Shown: positions 36,150 through 41,615 of the stretch, in pieces
Layout of the letters: each line of letters starts with the position of its first letter
How positions within the stretch are numbered: the stretch's first letter is position 1
Virus record (IMG/VR): IMGVR_UViG_3300016665_000131
Span: 1-41,615 of that record
DNA length: 41,615 bases
From: a virus
Taxonomy: Duplodnaviria > Caudoviricetes
Direction: 5' to 3' (one strand)
Program-made: the position numbers and the translations under genes
Notes under the pieces: model-generated
Seen by the model: the letters and a program-made list of their open reading frames with translations, nothing else
Database searches by the model: none
Told to the model about the DNA's origin: nothing

Positions 36150-36361
36150 GCCTTTTCTCCTGTTGCTTTGGCGATGGCGGCGCGAACTACATCTTCCCAA
36201 TATCCTTTTAAGTCTGGTAGTGTTAGTTCCAACACTCTTAACAATTCCTGATTCACTTCATGCAAGCGGCGTAGTTCGGCGCAAGCATTTGCTTGCCATG
36301 AAATCAAGTGTGCGTTTTGTCGGTTGTTAATCAACCGCAAGGCTTCTGGTTGTTCATTCAT
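36146..36361 (-). CDS. Modular hypothetical protein
   Basis: QPEALRL, AELRRLH and AAIAKATGE modules. Confidence 0.7.
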   Translation of the reverse strand: MNEQPEALRLINNRQNAHLISWQANACAELRRLHEVNQELLRVLELTLPDLKGYWEDVVRAAIAKATGEKA

Positions 36362-36369
36362 TTCAATTC

Positions 36370-36600
36370 CTATACATATTTGTCAATCAACATCTGAACC
36401 GCTTTTTCGACGTCTCCGTCTGCCATCTCTTCTAGGTTCAGTCTTTGTATCCTATTGAACTTTACGACAATTGTCAAGCGGGTATATTGTTTTTTACGAC
36501 CAGCACCCTCTCTCTTACCTCCCCATTGCTTCCTCAAACCCATCTTTACTTGTTGTTCACGGATTTGGTCTTCTATCCAACGGGGAATGACTTCACTCAT
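36370..36600 (-). CDS. Small DNA-binding protein with WGGKREGAGRK motif
   Basis: GGxRxGAGRK motif followed by an RHH-like segment; start MSEVIP. Confidence 0.65.
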   Translation of the reverse strand: MSEVIPRWIEDQIREQQVKMGLRKQWGGKREGAGRKKQYTRLTIVVKFNRIQRLNLEEMADGDVEKAVQMLIDKYV

Positions 36601-37045
36601 TTTCTTTCTTCCACCAGTAAGCCATGAGTAAGGCTTCTGCTCTACCGTTATCCTTTTTTCTTTGCAGTGGAGCATTAGGCCAAAGTTGTCTGGCAAGCTC
36701 TAGGCTCTTATCCTTGTCAGAATCGAGTTTGAGCGATTTTTTCCATTGTCTAGGGGACACTAGGTGGACAGTGGTTCCAAAGCGTTCTGCGAGCGCTAAA
36801 GCGGCTCCAAAGGCCATTCCGAACTTGAAGGTACTGCTTACACCTTGACCAGGCATGGCGTGAACTGACTCAATCACCACTTCACAATCTTGCCTGTCTC
36901 TGGCTTGCAACATCTCGGCATAGATGGCTCGAGTGTCTATGTGGTGTTTGTTATTGTGCATATCACCACAGGACCAATACTCACCGTGGTGGTCGATCAT
37001 TCCCCAAGCGCCAGTAAACCCAGGGTCAATGCCAACTATCAACAT
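36593..37045 (-). CDS. RuvC-like Holliday junction resolvase
   Basis: IVGIDPG, IESVHAMPGQGVSSTFKFG, VSPRQWK and DNGRAEALLMA motifs. Confidence 0.9.
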   Translation of the reverse strand: MLIVGIDPGFTGAWGMIDHHGEYWSCGDMHNNKHHIDTRAIYAEMLQARDRQDCEVVIESVHAMPGQGVSSTFKFGMAFGAALALAERFGTTVHLVSPRQWKKSLKLDSDKDKSLELARQLWPNAPLQRKKDNGRAEALLMAYWWKKENE

Positions 37046-37221
37046 TGATCTCTCACCCAAACTGCTATGGATGCAGCAGTGTCACCAGGCATCTGGCTAA
37101 TCTTGTTGGCAATCTGAATCCTCTCGTATGCCCGTATCCGTTTAGCAAAGGCTTGCAGGTCTTCTATGTAGCCTTCTACTCCACAGTCTTCTGCAATTAA
37201 AGTTATCAGGTCATCATCCAT
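37039..37221 (-). CDS. Hypothetical protein
   Basis: AAGGA RBS; overlap-coupled. Confidence 0.6.
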   Translation of the reverse strand: MDDDLITLIAEDCGVEGYIEDLQAFAKRIRAYERIQIANKISQMPGDTAASIAVWVRDQC

Positions 37222-37462
37222 TTTTCATTTCCTTTATCAAGTCTTGTGCGATTCCTGTGAATAACTCTGATGGGTCGTTCTCGAGTTCTTTAGCCCTGTG
37301 CCATGAATGGCTCTTCGCTCCAGGTATCTTCGCCATCCAAATCAAGTGGTTCAGGTTCGTTTTGTATATCTCCTGTGAGGAAAAGGGCTTTGGAGATGGT
37401 GAGGATTGAGTAAGTGCTTGATCCTTCTTTGTGTCTATCAAGGATTGCATTTGCTTGCTCAT
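37214..37462 (-). CDS. Hypothetical protein
   Basis: Co-oriented ORF in the replication operon. Confidence 0.55.
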   Translation of the reverse strand: MSKQMQSLIDTKKDQALTQSSPSPKPFSSQEIYKTNLNHLIWMAKIPGAKSHSWHRAKELENDPSELFTGIAQDLIKEMKNG

Positions 37463-37517
37463 AGTTCATTTTTATTACTTTTCTTTCAATTATCTTTTTC
37501 AGGATAAGGTTGGGTAT

Positions 37518-37613
37518 TTAAAAAGGTGCTTCCTCTGCATCTGATGGGTATTTCGGACCTTTAGGTTCGGTGTAAGGTGGCAATGGGAATTGTGGGAAAG
37601 GCCAGTTGCTCAT
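37518..37613 (-). CDS. Pro-rich peptide (31 aa)
   Basis: MSNWPFPQFPLPPYTEPKGPKYPSDAEEAPF; AAGGAG RBS and ATGA coupling. Confidence 0.6.
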   Translation of the reverse strand: MSNWPFPQFPLPPYTEPKGPKYPSDAEEAPF

Positions 37614-38389
37614 GCTTGTCTCCTTTTCAGTTCAGCTATTTTGGCAAGCGTTTCAAGGTCTGGGGGACGAGTAAGTTGTCTATCTTGGTCTAGTTTGGCA
37701 AGGGCTGGATCACGCTCTTGTCGACTAGGTACTGTCACTCGAGCTATGTCGGCAGGGTTTTGCCGCGGTGCGTTTTGTCGGCGAACCCAATTTCTCCAAG
37801 TAGCATCCCAATCCGTCTTGACGCCCTTCTGCCCTGGTTGAGCTATCCAATAATCCTTGAACTCAGCAAAAACTTTGTGCGGATTTAAATCTTTTCTTTC
37901 TTGCTGACAGAAAGCCTTCCAATCATCAGACAAAGAAAATTCTGCTGGCAGTCGCGAACCGCGATTGCTCTTAACCACTGGTTCTTGGTTATTGGTTACT
38001 GGTTCATGGTTATTGGTTAGTTGCACATCTGTTGGTAATGTGTCAAACGTCTGTTGAACACCTGTTGAACGCTTGTTTTTACGTTGTTGAACAGATGCTT
38101 TGCCAGCATTGGATTTTTTGGCAATAAGTGCGTGATATTCGCCAATCTCAAGATCACATCTATTGTGATGCCAAAGTCCATTTTGCAAATTGAAGTAGGC
38201 TCTAAGAAGCAAATCAACGTCATCTAAGTCGCCTCCTGTCTGCATAGCCAAAACTTCTAAATCATCTTTTAGCGGCTTTTCTGAATCGTAGTACATCCAA
38301 AGAAGACGCAAATACACGATGGTCTGAGAGTCAGACAAACGGGCGGTGGCCTTAATAAAGTCACCAATGTGGTGTTGGTAATAGTGCAT
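37610..38389 (-). CDS. Replication initiator (DUF1376/YdaU N-terminus, DnaT-like C-terminus)
   Basis: MHYYQHHIGDF...YLRLLWMYYDSEKPL and FKDYW...DWDATWRNWVRR motifs. Confidence 0.9.
   Translation of the reverse strand: MHYYQHHIGDFIKATARLSDSQTIVYLRLLWMYYDSEKPLKDDLEVLAMQTGGDLDDVDLLLRAYFNLQNGLWHHNRCDLEIGEYHALIAKKSNAGKASVQQRKNKRSTGVQQTFDTLPTDVQLTNNHEPVTNNQEPVVKSNRGSRLPAEFSLSDDWKAFCQQERKDLNPHKVFAEFKDYWIAQPGQKGVKTDWDATWRNWVRRQNAPRQNPADIARVTVPSRQERDPALAKLDQDRQLTRPPDLETLAKIAELKRRQA
37977..38092. repeat. Probable replication origin (iterons inside the initiator gene)
   Basis: Six tandem NNTGGTT heptamers (37977-38018) and TGTTGAAC copies at 38052, 38063 and 38085. Confidence 0.65.
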
Positions 38390-38415
38390 AGCACATCCTC
38401 GCAAATCCTCCTGAT

Positions 38416-38483
38416 GGAAACCTACGGCAAGCGGGAGGTTCGCTGTTCGGTTGGCTCATGACTTCCAACCTAGCCGGGTTTCC
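38416..38483 (-). ncRNA. Structured leader RNA upstream of the replication initiator
   Basis: GGAAACC/GGTTTCC and CGGC/GCCG close a three-way junction with GGTTGG/CCAACC and AGCG-AACCTCC-CGCT hairpins. Confidence 0.6.
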
Positions 38484-38486
38484 AAA

Positions 38487-38515
38487 ACTATATCACTTCT
38501 TTTCGTGGTCTGCAA
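38487..38515 (-). promoter_or_regulatory. Promoter for the replication operon
   Basis: TTGCAG-17 bp-TATAGT with an extended -10 (TGn). Confidence 0.6.
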
Positions 38516-38666
38516 ACCACTCTGGGCGCTTCTCTTTGAGTTGGTACAAACGCAGATCAGGAATCTTGTTGCTGGCCTTCCACTTGTAGCAAGACGGAGG
38601 CTTAACTCCAAGAATCTTGGCTACTTCGTAAAGGGATGCGTATTGCTGTAGTTCTTCGACGGTCAT
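38493..38666 (-). CDS. Cro-like HTH repressor (57 aa)
   Basis: Manual translation MTVEELQQYASLYEVAKILGVKPPSCYKWKASNKIPDLRLYQLKEKRPEWFADHEKK; AAGGA RBS. Confidence 0.85.
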   Translation of the reverse strand: MTVEELQQYASLYEVAKILGVKPPSCYKWKASNKIPDLRLYQLKEKRPEWFADHEKK

Positions 38667-38751
38667 GACTTATCCTTTCTGCGACTATCATAGTGTTTAT
38701 TTGCTCTGTTGACAATAGCCCTACACTTAACTAAGGATTATTATCGCATGG

Positions 38752-38780
38752 TTGACATGATTGTCGGGAAGGATAACAAT
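38752..38780 (+). promoter_or_regulatory. Early rightward sigma70 promoter
   Basis: TTGACA followed after 16-17 bp by TAACAAT, in the divergent control region. Confidence 0.6.
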
Positions 38781-38816
38781 GCACTTACACCAATAGCGGT
38801 GCATGAAAGGACAGAA

Positions 38817-39020
38817 ATGCAGATTACCAAGAGTCCACAAGAGCTACAGCGATATGTTGATGACTTGATGTTAGCTCTCCACAACTATCGTTTGATGGCA
38901 ATCAAGTACATAGGCCATCAGGATGAGGTTTATGAGGCGTACAAATACGACTCTAACTCCATAGCCAACGTCACTGGCTGGCTGATTTACTTGATCAACA
39001 ACATGGAGGCCAAGCAATGA
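38817..39020 (+). CDS. Hypothetical early protein
   Basis: AAAGGA RBS before ATG 38817. Confidence 0.7.
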   Translation: MQITKSPQELQRYVDDLMLALHNYRLMAIKYIGHQDEVYEAYKYDSNSIANVTGWLIYLINNMEAKQ

Positions 39021-39226
39021 GCTTTTGGACCAACCTCTTTTCCGGTCATTTCTACACCAAGACCGAAAGCACCATTCAGCGTGATGACGGCAAACTCTTC
39101 TATAAGACTGGCGACTCATACATTGATGATGACGGCCAGATTATCCAAAAGTTTGGTGACTCCATGACTAACATGAACACTGGTGTCAGCAGCAAATGGG
39201 GTGACCCTTTTGGAGACAACGAATGA
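39017..39226 (+). CDS. Hypothetical beta-rich early protein
   Basis: GGAGG RBS; repeated DDG..xxKxGDS unit. Confidence 0.7.
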   Translation: MSFWTNLFSGHFYTKTESTIQRDDGKLFYKTGDSYIDDDGQIIQKFGDSMTNMNTGVSSKWGDPFGDNE

Positions 39227-39594
39227 AAGTAGCTCTGAAAAAAAGAGAAAAAATGAAAGGAGGGCGTGGCATTTATTGGACAGCCAGTCAACCATTCATT
39301 GAAAATAACCGTGGCGTTCTCATTCATAGACCTGAGTACGTTACAACTTACAAAGCACACTGGAACGAATCGTATCTAATAATAAAAAACTTTTGTGGGT
39401 CAACATCTTGTGGTACTCATAAATTCACTTTTCTTGATGCGCCACCAGAAGGAAAAATTCTTTGTGCAAGATGTGAAGATAAAGCAGTCAAAAAAGGATT
39501 GCCAACCGCAGAAGAATTGGTTGGAAGGCATATTCATACAGGCGGTGTGATTGGCGTTAGAAATTGTTGCTTAGAAGAAAGGTATGAAGAATGA
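39223..39594 (+). CDS. Cys/His-rich hypothetical protein
   Basis: CARC and other Cys residues; ATGA coupling. Confidence 0.7.
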   Translation: MKVALKKREKMKGGRGIYWTASQPFIENNRGVLIHRPEYVTTYKAHWNESYLIIKNFCGSTSCGTHKFTFLDAPPEGKILCARCEDKAVKKGLPTAEELVGRHIHTGGVIGVRNCCLEERYEE

Positions 39595-39761
39595 AAGCAT
39601 CTCATTACAAAACACCCAGAACCATGACAGAAGGTGAGTGGCAGTCATGGGGCCAAGCAATCTGGATTGACGAGGATCATTACAACAAAACAGACCGTGT
39701 TGTAATTTTGGTGTCAGTTATCTCTATTACACTGACCATCGTGTTGAGCATCATCATTTAA
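39591..39761 (+). CDS. Small protein with C-terminal TM helix (56 aa)
   Basis: Manual translation MKASHYKTPRTMTEGEW...VVILVSVISITLTIVLSIII. Confidence 0.65.
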   Translation: MKASHYKTPRTMTEGEWQSWGQAIWIDEDHYNKTDRVVILVSVISITLTIVLSIII

Positions 39762-39763
39762 TC

Positions 39764-39988
39764 ATGGAGAACAGAATGAAGCTGAAGAATTTTGCACAAG
39801 AGATCAAGGAAGAAATGCAACAGTCTGACACCAAGTACTGCTGCTATTGCCTGATGCCGCAAGATGGCAAATTGGGTTGCTGTCAAGAAAACCACTTTGT
39901 CACCTTCAATGACTTGTATGAAGAAGATCAGAAGTTCTTGATGCAAGAAGCTATTGATGAATACGAAACCTGGAGCGCAAAACAATGA
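39764..39988 (+). CDS. Small Zn-binding protein
   Basis: YCCYC...CCQENHF motif. Confidence 0.7.
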   Translation: MENRMKLKNFAQEIKEEMQQSDTKYCCYCLMPQDGKLGCCQENHFVTFNDLYEEDQKFLMQEAIDEYETWSAKQ

Positions 39989-40335
39989 GTGTTGATTTCA
40001 CTCAGATTCTGGCGACTCTTCCTAAAGAAGAAAAGCCACGAATCTTCCACGGCTCAAAGACACCATTCATTGTTGAGAAAGGTACTCACCTTTGCCTGAC
40101 AAGAGGGATTGATTCACTGCGAGGAAAAAAAGATGTAGTCATTAAGACAGTCGCAACTCCAGTGGAGACAATGAAAAGAAAGATGAAATTGGTGTTTGTC
40201 CAACAGCACGACAAGTCTGATAACACTTATGAAGACCTTGGTGACTTTTGGGCAGATGTTGTAACCGGCACTTTGTATAACCAGTTCACTGGCGAATGCT
40301 TGAGCAGTGACATGATGAGAATAGTATTGGAGTAA
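39985..40335 (+). CDS. Hypothetical protein
   Basis: WADVVTGTLY...GECLS motif; coupled. Confidence 0.7.
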   Translation: MSVDFTQILATLPKEEKPRIFHGSKTPFIVEKGTHLCLTRGIDSLRGKKDVVIKTVATPVETMKRKMKLVFVQQHDKSDNTYEDLGDFWADVVTGTLYNQFTGECLSSDMMRIVLE

Positions 40336-40338
40336 AAA

Positions 40339-40548
40339 ATGAACACAGGTGGAACAGCGTTTCCAGTGCCAAGTTTGATACATAACGGGCACGTTTCTCA
40401 TGGCATGACCCTGCGCGACTACTTTGCGGCCAAAGCTTTGATCGCTTGGTATTGCAATTTAGAAGATGGGGTATCAAATCACCCAGATTCGGTTGCTACT
40501 TGGTGCTACCAGTTGGCAGACGCCATGCTGAAAGCGAGGGAACAATGA
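40339..40548 (+). CDS. Conserved small phage protein
   Basis: GGTAFP...GMTLRDYFAAKA...YQLADAMLKARE family signature. Confidence 0.8.
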   Translation: MNTGGTAFPVPSLIHNGHVSHGMTLRDYFAAKALIAWYCNLEDGVSNHPDSVATWCYQLADAMLKAREQ

Positions 40549-41156
40549 GTATTGAACAACTGTTAAGCACTGACGTCAGTAAGCACATTGAAAAGAAAGG
40601 GAAACTCTCTTATCTTTCATGGGCATGGGCATGGACTGAAGCAATTAAGGCAGATCCAAAAGCCACTTTTAAAGTAGAGATGTTTGATGGCAAGTGCTAC
40701 ATGGACATCAATGGGACGGCTATGGTGTTTGTCACCGTCACAATCTTCGACAAAGCTATGACCTGCCAACTGCCTGTAATGGACTACAAGAACCAGGCTA
40801 TAAGTGAACCAGACGCTTTTGACATCAATACTGCCATCATGCGCTGTATGACCAAGGGTCTAGCACTACATGGTCTTGGTATGCATATCTATGCCGGTGA
40901 AGACCTGCCAGACCCCAATAGGAAAGGCCCCGGTCCAATCATTACTCCTAAGAGCGATATCGAATTGCCTGAAGAGGAAAAAGAGTTCCTTCGTGAGATG
41001 GCCCAATCTTGCGAGGAATTAGTCAGCGCTGGCAATGCCACTGGAGCCTATCAAATGGTTCTAGAAGCAGCGTTAGAGTCTGACCAACAAACGTGGCTTT
41101 GGAGTCAACTCACTTCATCAACCAGAGCCGCTATCAAGAAAGCAAAAGGAAATTGA
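40545..41156 (+). CDS. Sak/DUF1071 (Rad52-like) single-strand annealing protein
   Basis: EKKGKLSYLSWAWAW, LPVMDYKN and INTAIMRCMTKGLALHGLGMHIYAGEDLP motifs. Confidence 0.9.
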   Translation: MSIEQLLSTDVSKHIEKKGKLSYLSWAWAWTEAIKADPKATFKVEMFDGKCYMDINGTAMVFVTVTIFDKAMTCQLPVMDYKNQAISEPDAFDINTAIMRCMTKGLALHGLGMHIYAGEDLPDPNRKGPGPIITPKSDIELPEEEKEFLREMAQSCEELVSAGNATGAYQMVLEAALESDQQTWLWSQLTSSTRAAIKKAKGN

Positions 41157-41158
41157 AA

Positions 41159-41467
41159 ATGGAAGTCAACATTGAGTGGAAAATCAGCAAGTACCCGTCA
41201 TTCAACATTCTGTTGTCAACAGCACCTGGCAAAGATGCTTTTATGACAATCAGAGGATGCCAACTCAAAACCAATCAAAAAGGTCTTGAGTTCATTAGCT
41301 ACCCTGCTCGCAAACAGGAAGATGGCAAATACTTTAACTTTTGCTACGGGTCAGATACGTTCAACCGTGTTGTGATTGAGAAAGCAAATGCTTGCAAACC
41401 AGTAGAGTCTAAGCAATCTCAAGGCGGTTCTGGCTTTGATGATATGGCAGATGACGTGCCCTTCTGA
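41159..41467 (+). CDS. ssDNA-binding-like protein (SpoVG-like) with acidic DDVPF tail
   Basis: FISYPARKQEDGKYF motif; C-terminal FDDMADDVPF; follows the annealase. Confidence 0.75.
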   Translation: MEVNIEWKISKYPSFNILLSTAPGKDAFMTIRGCQLKTNQKGLEFISYPARKQEDGKYFNFCYGSDTFNRVVIEKANACKPVESKQSQGGSGFDDMADDVPF

Positions 41468-41479
41468 TGGAGATATAGC

Positions 41480-41615
41480 ATGGAATTTGTAATGACAATT
41501 AAAACTGACTTGATGAGCGTCACGGTGGAATGTCCCAACCTGACAAACTTTAGTCAGATTCAAGAAATCTTCAACAGCTTGACAACAAAAGCCGTAAAAC
41601 GTGGTCGTGGTCGTC
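41480..41615 (+). CDS. AT-hook peptide (52 aa; continues across the junction to position 44)
   Basis: MEFVMTIKTDLMSVTVECPNLTNFSQIQEIFNSLTTKAVKRGRGRPRKGVSK; GGAG RBS. Confidence 0.75.
   Translation, partial: MEFVMTIKTDLMSVTVECPNLTNFSQIQEIFNSLTTKAVKRGRGR

Noticed and set aside
41595-41615. Terminal 21-bp repeat as a biological terminal repeat or att site
   Set aside because: It falls inside a continuous ORF and its length fits an assembler k-mer overlap
1-41615. Alternative genetic code, tRNA genes or introns
   Set aside because: Core genes are full length in the standard code and tightly coupled; no cloverleaf or split gene was recognised by eye

Overview
This window is an apparently complete, circularly assembled ~41.6 kb tailed-phage genome: bases 1-21 repeat exactly at 41595-41615, and an ORF reads across the junction. 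The architecture is podovirus-like, with no tape measure or tail tube but with candidate ejection proteins and a P22 gp10-like tail hub. A betaproteobacterial host is plausible but is only an inference. There are four blocks. (1) A long minus-strand late operon (28808 down to 635): GNAT, TerS-like, small basic ORFs, TerL, portal, scaffold, major capsid, adaptor, GPT-collagen fibre, S74-chaperone tail fibre, TPR-GT2 glycosyltransferase, tail hub, large fibre, ejection proteins and lysis genes. (2) A ~2.5 kb opposite-strand island (28850-31390) with long non-coding flanks. It carries a perfect chromosomal-type parS palindrome although the phage encodes no recognisable ParA/ParB, plus other operator-like sites, a sigma70 promoter, a long hairpin, a Gp88-like gene, a duplicated terminator and a four-G5-tract repeat. 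(3) A minus-strand replication/middle operon: Cro, DUF1376 initiator with iterons, RuvC, Mom-like GNAT, MazG, ferritin-like and HNH-AP2. (4) A plus-strand early operon: Sak-like annealase, SSB-like, AT-hook peptide and HTH. No integrase, CI repressor, tRNA, CRISPR array or reverse transcriptase was seen. The best candidates for new biology are the parS-bearing island, a collagen-glycosylation module and two structured intergenic RNAs. All product calls come from motif recognition by eye, not database searches.
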